Assembly (NCBI RefSeq): GCF_004376175.1
Contig: NZ_SNUY01000007.1
Coordinates: 63,223-95,222, forward strand
DNA: 32,000 nucleotides
DNA from: Halalkalibacterium halodurans
GTDB lineage: Bacteria > Bacillota > Bacilli > Bacillales > Bacillaceae_D
Reading direction: 5' to 3'
Position 1 is the stretch's first letter, and each line of letters starts with the position of its first letter. Under the pieces are notes generated by a model that had not been told where the DNA came from, made no database searches, and saw only the letters and a list, made by a program, of their open reading frames with translations. The position numbers and the translations under genes are program-made. Shown here in pieces: positions 1 through 8,277 of this stretch.

Positions 1-108
1 GAACTTGACCTTGAACTTTTTGACTACGTTCACTGGTTCAATACTATTCGAATTCATGGATCATTAGATTACTTAACACCGACTGAATACAAGTTAATGA
101 ACCTTTAA
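1..108 (+). CDS. IS3-family transposase OrfB, last 35 codons (5' partial)
   Basis: Translation is ELDLELFDYVHWFNTIRIHGSLDYLTPTEYKLMNL*, with the stop at 106-108. The F-Y-HW-N--R-H--L----P-E motif is typical of the end of the IS3 integrase fold. Confidence 0.65.
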   Translation, partial: ELDLELFDYVHWFNTIRIHGSLDYLTPTEYKLMNL

Positions 109-133
109 ATAATTGTCCGATTTAGTGTTGACA
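1..133 (+). mobile_element. Right-hand end of an IS3-family insertion sequence (window opens inside it)
   Basis: Frame 1 from base 1 encodes the conserved C-terminal tail of IS3/IS150-type OrfB. About 25 nt after the stop, the sequence ...gtgttgaCA (ending near 133) fits the TG...CA termini of IS3 elements. The end position is inferred because the left IR is not in the window. From recall, the B. halodurans IS3 member is IS655 (unverified). Confidence 0.6.
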
Positions 134-212
134 TTCCAATTAATAAGACAAGTGATAATAACGTCGATAGGATGCCAGAACTTAATACAATCCATATCAT
201 TTGTTGTTTCAT
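105..212 (-). pseudogene. Small hydrophobic ORF whose 3' end runs into the IS3 terminus (possibly IS-truncated)
   Basis: ATG at 210-212 is preceded by GAGAGGGGA (SD) with about 7 nt spacing. It encodes MKQQMIWIVLSSGILSTLLSLVLLIG (one TM helix). The last 9 codons (MSTLNRTII*) lie inside the putative IS3 end. The 63-aa track ORF start at 296 has no RBS. Confidence 0.3.
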
Positions 213-338
213 CCCTGAGTCCCCTCTCTTAGATGTTTTGATACCAAGCCTTCCTCGTTCTATTGGGAGTTGCTGAGCTCTTTGAGGTTTCTTCAAGCTC
301 CCCTTACCCTATTTGCTCAGAGGTTGAACATCATTCAA

Positions 339-659
339 TTATGATTTGTCAGACATAGGATGAGCTTCCTCTTGCTTCTGCTGCCCAGTAGACTTAGCTT
401 CTACCGCTTGGGTCTGCTTTGAGCTGACTCTCCCTTTTAAGCGGCGCACCTCTTGTTGAAGCTGAAAAACTCGTACAATCGCTAAACCTCCTGCCATCAC
501 GCTGCCCATCAATACAGATCCTAAGATCACCAAAATTAATGGCCACTCTGCTGTTCCGAACAGATAGTTCACCTGTACCGCATCGACATTAATGACCGCA
601 AAAATGGCGATCAAGAGTGTTGCCAAGAGTCCTAGAATTAACCCCCATTGTCCTTTCAT
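339..659 (-). CDS. LapA-domain (DUF1049) small membrane protein, YrvD-like
   Basis: 106 aa with two TM helices (GLILGLLATLLIAIFAVINV, WPLILVILGSVLMGSVMAGGLAIV) and a charged tail. The VNYLFG..WPL pattern is typical of DUF1049. SD GGAGGG lies 7 nt upstream of the ATG. Confidence 0.8.
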   Translation of the reverse strand: MKGQWGLILGLLATLLIAIFAVINVDAVQVNYLFGTAEWPLILVILGSVLMGSVMAGGLAIVRVFQLQQEVRRLKGRVSSKQTQAVEAKSTGQQKQEEAHPMSDKS

Positions 660-697
660 TTAAATTCCCTCCTACCGGCCTTCATTTACAAATGGAG

Positions 698-732
698 AAA
701 AAAAGGGTGCCAGCATCTCCCGACTGACACCC
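698..732 (-). terminator. Rho-independent terminator of the surface-protein gene
   Basis: On the minus strand: GGGUGUCAG (732-724), a 10-nt loop, CUGGCACCC (713-705) giving a 9-bp stem with one G-U pair, then U7 (704-698). It starts about 37 nt after the stop at 769. Confidence 0.8.
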
Positions 733-768
733 ATCCAGTAACCATTGCCCTAAACTCTTCCTTTGTCG

Positions 769-3700
769 TTAGGCAGCTTTTCTCTTTCTATTGAGATATT
801 GCAGAAACAAACCAACAAGCAAGAGACCTAATCCAATCGCAAGAATTAAAAATGTATTCGTTGCGGTTTTCGGTAGTTTATCTCCACCACCTGATGTTGG
901 TGGATTATTGGAATCTACCGGCTTTTCTGGATCCTGTGGACGCTGTTCCGGATTAACAGTCACATTCTCAGTCGGCTGTCCAGGGGTGCCCACATTGTCA
1001 CCATTCACTATGGCAACATTTTGAATCGTTTCACCCGCATAACCAGAGTCAATGGTTGCCTCAAACGTCACTGTCCGCCACTCCGTATCCGTCACATCAC
1101 CAAAGTTAGCGGTGATCGTTCCACTTTCGTAGCTTCCTGTTCCGTCATGACTCACGTCTAAGCTGCCTTCGACATACGTTAATCCTTCCGGCAGTTCATC
1201 TGTGATCACAAGATTCTCGATCAAGCTATCAGATACTGTGTTACGCGCACGGATCGTATAGACGATCGTATCTCCAACGTCATACGTCTCCTTACCTTCA
1301 TCCAAGTTCGTCGCTGTTTTGTCTGCTTCAAGTACTGGAGCTTTTGGAGAAATGGTAATCTCCTCTTGTGGTGTATGTGGTTCATCCACATTTTCTCCCT
1401 CAACTGTTGCCACGTTCTCAATTGTTTCTCCCACGTAGCCTGAGTTGATCGTTGCGTGGAATGTCACCGTCCGCCACTCCGTATCCGTCACATCACCAAA
1501 ATTCGCCGTGATCGTTCCGTCTTCATAGCTTCCAGCACCATCGTGACTCACATCAAGACTTCCTTCGACATAAGTTAATCCTTCTGGTAGTTCATCTGTG
1601 ATCACGAGGTTCTCGATCAAGCTATCAGAGACTGTGTTACGCGCACGAATCGTATACACGATCGTGTCTCCAGCTTCAAACCGATCCTTCGCTTCTTCTA
1701 GATTCGTCGCTGTTTTCTCTGCTTCTAAGGCTGGATCTTTTGGTGAAACGGTAATCTCCTCTTGTGGTGTGCTAGGTTCATCCACATTTTCTCCGTCAAC
1801 TGTTGCCACGTTCTCAATCGTTTCTCCCACGTAGCCTGAGTCAATCGTTGCGTGGAATGTCACCGTCCGCCACTCCGTATCCGTCACATCACCGAAGTTC
1901 ACGGTGATCGTTCCGGCTTCATAGCTTCCTGTTCCGCCATGACTCACGTCTAAGCTACCTTCCACGTATGTTAACCCGTCCGGCAGTTCATCTGTGATGC
2001 TCATATCTTCAATATGGCTATCTTCGATCGTATTTCGTGCACGAATCGTGTACACGACCGTATCTCCAGCTTCATACTGAGTCTTTGATGCATCTACATT
2101 CGTTGCTGTTTTCTCTGATTCTAAGACTGGGCTACGCGGATAAATCTTCACTTCTTCTTCTGGCCTACTTGGTTCATCCACATTATCCCCATTGACGACG
2201 GCGATGTTATTAATGTCTTGTCCTGCTTGGCCTTGCAAAACGGTGACTTCAAATTCGAGCGTTCTCCACTCCGTATCGGTCACATCGCCGAAATGACCGA
2301 ACACTTCCCCGTTGTCATAATGGCCTTGATCCGCATCTTCCTCATCAGTGACGATTTCTCCGTTCACTTTCAACGTTCCTGGTACATACTCTAAGCCTTC
2401 TGGGATCACGTCATAGATGACGAGGCTTTGGATCAGGCTGTCTTCGATCGTATTTCTTGCCTGAATCGTATACAGAAGCGTATCGCCTACTTCTGGATTA
2501 TCCTCATTTGTGTTCCCTTCCGCTTTTTCTTGGAGGGTCGCCACTTTCTCTGCTTCGAGGACTGGATCTTTTGGCTCTACTTTTACTTCTTCTCTTGGGT
2601 TACTTGGTTCATCGATGTTGTCCGCGTCAACGACGGCGATGTTTTCAATCGTTTCTCCCACGTAGCCTGAGTTGATTGTTGCGTGGAATGTCACCGTCCG
2701 CCACTCCGTATCCGTCACATCACCAAAGTTAGCGGTGATGATTCCGTCTTCATAGCTGCCTTCACCATCGTGACTCACGTCAAGGCTGCCTTCGACATAC
2801 GTGATGCCTTCTGGCAGTTCATCTGTAATCACGAGATTTTCGAGTAAGCTTTCTGACACAGTGTTCCGCGCACGAATCGTATAGACGACCGTATCTCCAG
2901 CTTCATACTGAGTCTTTGATGTATCTACATTCGTCGCTGTTTTTTCTGATTCTAAGTTAGGGAAGCGTGGGTAAATCTTCACTTCCTCTGATGGTCTTTC
3001 TGGCTCATCCACATTGTCGCCACCAACGACCGCTATGTTTTCAATATCTTGGCTCGCTTGGCCTTCTCCTACAGTTACTTGGAATTCAAGCGTCCGCCAT
3101 TCGGTGTCTGTCACGTTCCCGAATTGGCCGACGACTTCGCCATCCACGTAATGACCAGCATCATCGTCCTCCGCATCAGTGACAGCTTCTCCGTTCACTC
3201 TCAGTGTTCCCGGCACATACTCCAACCCTTCTGGGATCACGTCGGAGATGACTAGATTTTCAACGAGGCTGTCTTCAATCGTGTTTCTTGCTTGAATCGT
3301 GTACAGAAGCGTATCGCCTACTTCTGGGTTGGCCTCATCTGTGTTCCCGTCCGCTTTTTCTAGAAGGGTCGCTGTTTTCTCTGCTTCGAGGACTGGATCT
3401 TTTGGCTCTACGTTTACTTCTTCTCTTGGATTACTTGGTTCATCAACATTTTCGCCTTCGACCACGGCGATGTTTTCAAGCGTTTCACCGGCATATCCGG
3501 AGTCGATCGTTGCACGGAAGCGTACGGTCCGCCACTCCGTATCCGTCACATCACCAAAGTTAGCGGTGATCGTTCCGTCTTCGTAGCTGCCTTCACCGTC
3601 ATGATTCACGTCAAGGCTTCCGTCGACATACGTTAGTCCTTCTGGTAGAACATCTGTGATCACGAGGTTCTCGAGTAAGCTTTCAGATACTGTGTTACGC

Positions 3701-5937
3701 GCACGGATCGTATAGACGACCGTATCTCCAACCTCAAATCGATCTTTGAACAAGTCTGCGTTTACCGCTGTTTTTTCTGATTCTAAGCTAGGGAAGCGTG
3801 GGTAAATCTTCACTTCCTCTGATGGCCTTTCTGGCTCATCCACATTGTCGCCATCGACGACGGCTACGTTTTCAATATCTTGGCTCGCCTGACCTTCTCC
3901 TACGGTTACTTGGAATTCAAGCGTCCGCCATTCGGTGTCTGTCACGTTGCCGAATTGTCCGATCACCTGATCATTTACATAATGCCCTTGATCATCATCC
4001 TCTTCATCGGTGACGGCTTCTCCGTTCACTCTCAGTGTTCCCGGCACGTATTCCAATCCTGCTGGGATCACGTCCGAGATCACAAGATTTTCAACGAGGC
4101 TGTCTTCAATCGTATTTCTTGCTTGAATCGTATAGAGAAGCGTATCGCCCACTTCTGGATGTTCGTCATCTGTGTTTCCTTCCGCTTTTTCAAGAAGGGT
4201 GGCTGTTTTTTCCGCTTCTAGTTCTGGTGCTTTATACTCAACTGGTGTTGTCACTTCATTTGACTCGGTCGTTTCATCTTCATCCGTTAGTAAGTTTTTG
4301 TAGCCAACGGATGCTTGGTTCACAATCGATTCACCAATATGACTCGATAATGCGGTCACTTTAAACTGTACCGTGATGCCATCAGGTAAATCCGTCGTAT
4401 TCGGTAAATCCCCGAGTTGGATGATCACTTTTTCTCCGTCAAAATGTCCAGCATCTCCATCGTCTGCATCGGTTATATCGCCTGCATTTGGACCTGTAAC
4501 AATTCTCATTGAACCTGGAACATAGTCCGTTCCTTCAGGAATCGCGTCTTCAAAGACGACGTCCGCCGCGATGTCTCCACCTTCGTTTTTAATTGTTACT
4601 TCGTAGGTTAATTCATCACCAGCAGTTACTTCTCCCTCTGGAGAAACGGATTTTTCAGCCACGACGCACGGTTCCGTTCCGAGGAAAATGTCGTCTAGGA
4701 AGTTTCCAGCACCTAATACTCCATTTGCAGTGCTAACCGCTTCAAATCCAAATCTTGTTATGGTTTGGCCTGCTGGAACAGTATATGTCCCTGTATACGT
4801 TGCCCAAGCCGTATTCCCTGTCGACATTTGCGTTTGCACAATCGTTTCATAAGGATTGTCAGTCGCTGGACCAAAGCGAACTTGCATGGTGTCTACTCCT
4901 TGACGACCCATATGAGATAAGCGCCAGTAAATCGTTTGACCAGGGGTTGTCTCCACATCTTGATACAGCATGCCATGATCATAAGCATTTAATTCTGCAT
5001 AACGGTTGCCATCAGGTGGCGCAGGAAAGTTCCTGACTCCGGCCGGATAGTTTTGTTCATAATCCCAGATCTCAATAATTTTTTCACCTTGACTGTCATC
5101 GGTTGTCAACCACCCCGGGACTTCTTCCTCTAAAAACGCCCATGAGCCGTTATAAGACCCTCTTTCAGGTCCTTGTTCAAAACTACCATTAATCAACGCG
5201 ACAGGTCTTGCGCAAGCATCAATGACTGGTCTTTCAATAATGGTATTCGTCACTTCATTTGACTCAGTGGTTTGTTCTTCATCTGTTTGTAAGTTTCTAT
5301 AGTGAACGTCGGCTTTATTAACAACGGTCTCACCCATATGGCTCGTTAACGCGATGACTCTAAATTGGACGGTAATGCCATCAGGTAGTTCGGTCGTATT
5401 TTGTAAATTGCCCAGCTCGATAATGACTTTTTCGCCATCAAAATGACCTGCATCGTCATCGTCCTCATCGGTTAGATCACCGGCGTTAGGGCCTGTGACG
5501 ATTTTCATCGATCCGGGAACATATTGTGTGCCTTCCGGAATCGCGTCTTCAAAGACCGTATCTGCCGCAAGGTGCTCCCCAACATTTGTAATCGTGACGT
5601 TGTATGTGAGGACATCGCCATCAAATACTTCATGCTCTGGAGACACTGATTTCTCGGCTTGTATCACAGGGCCATCCCGCGGATACACCTCGACGGTCTC
5701 GCTAGGTTCCTCCGGTTCATCAAGATTATTGCCTACAACCGAAGCTGTATTGTCAATGTCTCTTCCTGCTTGTCCCGGCAAGATGATCACATCAAATTCA
5801 AGCGTATGCCAGTCTGTATCCGCTATATCGCCAAATTGTCCGATCACCTGACCATTTACATAGTGGCCTTGATCGGCATCTTCTTCATCGGTTACAGCTT
5901 GTCCGTCGACTTTTAATGTCCCTTGTACATATTCCAA
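769..5937 (-). CDS. C-terminal fragment of the surface protein: DUF11 repeats, embedded jelly-roll domain, LPKTA sorting signal
   Basis: 1722-aa ORF. It carries repeated (S/A)EK-x-GD-x-YTI-x-N-x-D-x-PEGL-YV-GS modules of the DUF11/TIGR01451 type. The C-terminus is DKLPKTATN (LPKTA = 862-876) followed by the hydrophobic stretch FLILAIGLGLLLVGLFL and the basic tail NRKRKAA. Homology in this frame continues upstream of the track's TTG start, to 5979. Confidence 0.9.
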   Translation of the reverse strand: MEYVQGTLKVDGQAVTDEEDADQGHYVNGQVIGQFGDIADTDWHTLEFDVIILPGQAGRDIDNTASVVGNNLDEPEEPSETVEVYPRDGPVIQAEKSVSPEHEVFDGDVLTYNVTITNVGEHLAADTVFEDAIPEGTQYVPGSMKIVTGPNAGDLTDEDDDDAGHFDGEKVIIELGNLQNTTELPDGITVQFRVIALTSHMGETVVNKADVHYRNLQTDEEQTTESNEVTNTIIERPVIDACARPVALINGSFEQGPERGSYNGSWAFLEEEVPGWLTTDDSQGEKIIEIWDYEQNYPAGVRNFPAPPDGNRYAELNAYDHGMLYQDVETTPGQTIYWRLSHMGRQGVDTMQVRFGPATDNPYETIVQTQMSTGNTAWATYTGTYTVPAGQTITRFGFEAVSTANGVLGAGNFLDDIFLGTEPCVVAEKSVSPEGEVTAGDELTYEVTIKNEGGDIAADVVFEDAIPEGTDYVPGSMRIVTGPNAGDITDADDGDAGHFDGEKVIIQLGDLPNTTDLPDGITVQFKVTALSSHIGESIVNQASVGYKNLLTDEDETTESNEVTTPVEYKAPELEAEKTATLLEKAEGNTDDEHPEVGDTLLYTIQARNTIEDSLVENLVISDVIPAGLEYVPGTLRVNGEAVTDEEDDDQGHYVNDQVIGQFGNVTDTEWRTLEFQVTVGEGQASQDIENVAVVDGDNVDEPERPSEEVKIYPRFPSLESEKTAVNADLFKDRFEVGDTVVYTIRARNTVSESLLENLVITDVLPEGLTYVDGSLDVNHDGEGSYEDGTITANFGDVTDTEWRTVRFRATIDSGYAGETLENIAVVEGENVDEPSNPREEVNVEPKDPVLEAEKTATLLEKADGNTDEANPEVGDTLLYTIQARNTIEDSLVENLVISDVIPEGLEYVPGTLRVNGEAVTDAEDDDAGHYVDGEVVGQFGNVTDTEWRTLEFQVTVGEGQASQDIENIAVVGGDNVDEPERPSEEVKIYPRFPNLESEKTATNVDTSKTQYEAGDTVVYTIRARNTVSESLLENLVITDELPEGITYVEGSLDVSHDGEGSYEDGIITANFGDVTDTEWRTVTFHATINSGYVGETIENIAVVDADNIDEPSNPREEVKVEPKDPVLEAEKVATLQEKAEGNTNEDNPEVGDTLLYTIQARNTIEDSLIQSLVIYDVIPEGLEYVPGTLKVNGEIVTDEEDADQGHYDNGEVFGHFGDVTDTEWRTLEFEVTVLQGQAGQDINNIAVVNGDNVDEPSRPEEEVKIYPRSPVLESEKTATNVDASKTQYEAGDTVVYTIRARNTIEDSHIEDMSITDELPDGLTYVEGSLDVSHGGTGSYEAGTITVNFGDVTDTEWRTVTFHATIDSGYVGETIENVATVDGENVDEPSTPQEEITVSPKDPALEAEKTATNLEEAKDRFEAGDTIVYTIRARNTVSDSLIENLVITDELPEGLTYVEGSLDVSHDGAGSYEDGTITANFGDVTDTEWRTVTFHATINSGYVGETIENVATVEGENVDEPHTPQEEITISPKAPVLEADKTATNLDEGKETYDVGDTIVYTIRARNTVSDSLIENLVITDELPEGLTYVEGSLDVSHDGTGSYESGTITANFGDVTDTEWRTVTFEATIDSGYAGETIQNVAIVNGDNVGTPGQPTENVTVNPEQRPQDPEKPVDSNNPPTSGGGDKLPKTATNTFLILAIGLGLLLVGLFLQYLNRKRKAA
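952..4232 (-). repeat. Eight tandem ~137-codon DUF11 modules of two alternating subtypes (A-B-A-B-A-B-B-B)
   Basis: A modules start LEAEKTATLLEKAEGNTD..PEVGDTLLYTIQARN. B modules start LESEKTA...GDTVVYTIRARN. The A+B pair recurs with an 834-nt period, for example the near-identical stretches starting at 2941 and 3775 (ttttttctgattctaag.tagggaagcgtgggtaaatcttcacttcctctgatgg). Confidence 0.9.
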
Positions 5938-7133
5938 CCCTTCTGGAATCGTGTCAGAAATGACAAGGTTTTGGAGTAAACTTGAATCGTATAACGTAAC
6001 GTGTCCCCCACTTCTGGGTTTTCCTCGTCGGAGTTTCCTTCTCCTTTTTCAATCAAGTCCACTGACTTCTCAGCTTCTACCACAGGAGGCAGCGGATCGA
6101 ATCTTGGATACACTCGTGAGGCTAAATCAAAAGATGGAAAAAATCTCCCATCGCCAGCTATCGTGGCTGACCCAAGAAAAGTTGTTTGCAACGTTTCTGG
6201 ATCTAGTGAGAAATAGTCAGCTCTTTGGCTACCCTCGGCCCCAGGCCCACTAGACAATAAGATTTGACCATTCGGTAAAAAGCTAAGACCTCTCACCCCA
6301 CCTTGCAAGGCTACACCGTCTCCACTCGTAATCGGGACCTGACGTAAAACCTCACCTGTTTGTGAATCCATCTGGATGATCGAACCAGCGGTATTATTCG
6401 AAAACCAAATATATCCGTCTTCGTCGATAATTAGGTCTCCACCAACATCGTTGTTATCATAACCATTGATAGGAATAGCCTCTTTCTCTCCTGTTACTAA
6501 ATGATAAGAGCCAAGAAGAAGTACCCCATTTTCTATATAGGTATGATAGTAGCGTGTCCCATCTTCAGAAATGACTGCATTAGCAGCCGTACCATCTAGA
6601 CCTCCGACAAACTCGGCTGCTCCATCTGGCGTAATCCGATACAATCTATGAGGGGTTTCATCTCCAGGGACTCCACCGTACGCATAGAAGATATCTTCAG
6701 TCGGATGCACAGCCAAGCCATTATTCATGTTAACGCCACTAGGGAGCCCCGTAATAAACACGATCGCCTTCGGATCTGGATCAAAATTTTCCCCATCAAA
6801 CTGACGAATTTGAGGTGTCGTTCTATCCGCATTATTTGAAATGCCATACGAATCTACATCATTTATTTCTAAGACATTATTGGCTTCAACATTGTTAATG
6901 CCAACTACAGTCTCTTCCTCTTCAGAGGCTTCCTCTTGTTGTTCTAGTTCAAGCTTAGACTCTGACTCAGCCTCCTCTTCTTCTACTGGTTGTTCTTCGT
7001 CCCCCACAACCGTCACAGTGACGTTGTTTGACTCTACTAGAGAAGTTCCATCGCCAATCACTTCAGCAATGTTCTCAATCTGCTCACCAGCTTCGACATC
7101 GTCATTCAGTTGTACCGTCACTTGAACGGTCAC
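5913..7133 (-). CDS. Middle fragment of the surface protein: end of pilin-like domain, acidic linker, propeller-like domain, start of first DUF11 repeat
   Basis: 406-aa ORF. The frame is open up to the IS junction (VGKT upstream of the GTG at 7131-7133). It contains an E-rich linker (EEQPVEEEEAESESKLELEQQEEASEEEE) and a Gly/Asp-rich region with repeated short beta-strand patterns (about 6100-6830). It ends in out-of-frame residues after ...PEVGDTLRYTIQ. Confidence 0.85.
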   Translation of the reverse strand: MTVQVTVQLNDDVEAGEQIENIAEVIGDGTSLVESNNVTVTVVGDEEQPVEEEEAESESKLELEQQEEASEEEETVVGINNVEANNVLEINDVDSYGISNNADRTTPQIRQFDGENFDPDPKAIVFITGLPSGVNMNNGLAVHPTEDIFYAYGGVPGDETPHRLYRITPDGAAEFVGGLDGTAANAVISEDGTRYYHTYIENGVLLLGSYHLVTGEKEAIPINGYDNNDVGGDLIIDEDGYIWFSNNTAGSIIQMDSQTGEVLRQVPITSGDGVALQGGVRGLSFLPNGQILLSSGPGAEGSQRADYFSLDPETLQTTFLGSATIAGDGRFFPSFDLASRVYPRFDPLPPVVEAEKSVDLIEKGEGNSDEENPEVGDTLRYTIQVYSKTLSFLTRFQKGWNMYKGH

Positions 7134-7166
7134 TGTTTTTCCAACTATATAAGTTGAATTTATCTT

Positions 7167-7706
7167 TTACAATTGCACACACAATCGGTCAATGACTTTT
7201 TCAGGTGTGTCGTTCAACTCACGAATAAAAGCTTGCACATTCCTGCGAATCTCTTTGACAGATGAATAAAAAACGTTATAAATAACATCTGATTTGAGCC
7301 ACTTCCACAGCCCTTCCACTAGATTTAATTCAGGACTGTAGGGAGGCAAAAACACCAACTCTAAACGATGTTGGTTTTCACTTAAGAAAGGTTGGATTAG
7401 CTTCGCATGATGAATACGGGCATTATCCAGAATCATGACGATTTTGCCAATTGGATAGCGTTCAAGTACCTTTTGAAGAAAACGGAGAAACGCTTCTGCA
7501 TCATACCGTTCTTCTTCTACACAAAACACATCACCTGTTTCGTAGTTAAGTGTACCGATGAGTTTGACACCTTGATGCTTTCCGTAAGTGGGAATGATTC
7601 GCTGCTTACCTTTTAAAAACCATGTATACTGAAGGGCTTGGTAATCACGAATCATGGATTCATCCTGAAATAGAAGATGATCAATATCCTCATTTAAAAG
7701 TTTTTT
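7167..7706 (-). CDS. IS630-family transposase, DDE catalytic part (orfB, -1 frame; track ORF 7167-7655)
   Basis: The frame is open from 7706. It reads KKLLNEDIDHLLFQDESMIRDYQALQYTWFLKGKQR...ILDNARIHHA...LPPYSPELNLVEGLW, the classic DDE/D pattern of IS630/Tc1 (DES...DNA..H...PYSP.LN..E). Fusing it with orfA gives about 350 aa, the normal length for this family. Confidence 0.85.
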   Translation of the reverse strand, partial: KKLLNEDIDHLLFQDESMIRDYQALQYTWFLKGKQRIIPTYGKHQGVKLIGTLNYETGDVFCVEEERYDAEAFLRFLQKVLERYPIGKIVMILDNARIHHAKLIQPFLSENQHRLELVFLPPYSPELNLVEGLWKWLKSDVIYNVFYSSVKEIRRNVQAFIRELNDTPEKVIDRLCVQL

Positions 7707-8227
7707 TTATAGGTAGGAAAGGTCTCTTCCATAAACTCTTTTTGTTTCACTCGGTCAGCTTTTGCTAGCGTATAAGTAGGTTTCGTATAACTAAGACCTA
7801 AATCGTGTAAAAGCCGTGAGACACCACGAAGAGTATACTTTTTGTTCCATTCTTTCTCTATAAACGAAGCAATGATCTTCAGAGTCCAATTATGCTTAGC
7901 TGGAAAACCAACATCAACTGGAAGTTTGGTTGCGATAACTTGAGCTAATTCATGCTCTTGTTCAGGTGTTAATTTACGGGGGGCTCCCGGTGATTGTCCT
8001 ATCGTTAAACCATCTAACCCTTTTTCTTCATAGGCATTCACATAATTATAGATGGTTTTTTCGGAACGTCCGATCATGGTAGTAATCTCTTTTTTAGAAT
8101 AGGCTTGTAAATATAAATAGATGGCTTGATAACGTTCATACATTCGTTTATCTTTAGTTGTTTTCATTAATGCAAGCAGGGTTTGAATTTCATGTTGACG
8201 TGAATCAGTCATTGGGTTTCTCTCCAT
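7694..8227 (-). CDS. IS630-family transposase, N-terminal HTH part (orfA)
   Basis: 177 aa with HTH-like segments (KKEITTMIGRSEKTIYNYVNAYEEKGLDGL; TLRGVSRLLHDLGLSYTKP). The probable start is the second ATG (8210-8212), 5 nt after GGAGAGAA. It ends in the A8 run. Confidence 0.85.
   Translation of the reverse strand: MERNPMTDSRQHEIQTLLALMKTTKDKRMYERYQAIYLYLQAYSKKEITTMIGRSEKTIYNYVNAYEEKGLDGLTIGQSPGAPRKLTPEQEHELAQVIATKLPVDVGFPAKHNWTLKIIASFIEKEWNKKYTLRGVSRLLHDLGLSYTKPTYTLAKADRVKQKEFMEETFPTYKKNF
7700..7708 (-). promoter_or_regulatory. Candidate -1 frameshift / slippage site A AAA AAC within an A8 run
   Basis: The minus strand reads TAT AAA AAA AAC TTT TAA in orfA frame. The orfB frame is -1 relative to orfA and opens only at 7706 (stop at 7707-7709), so any fusion must occur inside this A-run. 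Confidence 0.6.
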
Positions 8228-8277
8228 TCATTGATAAGTGTTACGCTTATACTTCGACAGAGAGTGATTGTAACCCT

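Noticed and set aside
952-4232. Periodic repeats considered as a possible CRISPR or other non-coding array
   Set aside because: The repeat unit is about 410/834 nt, lies entirely within one open reading frame and encodes DUF11 modules. There is no short repeat-spacer structure.
791-7125. About 25 plus-strand track ORFs (60-127 aa) lying antisense inside the adhesin gene, for example 791-1024, 3880-4221, 5495-5851 and 6841-7125
   Set aside because: They are mirror-frame artefacts of a long repetitive minus-strand gene. Their products are repetitive and low-complexity (Ser/Leu/Arg-rich), none has an RBS, and several are copies of each other because the DNA is repeated.
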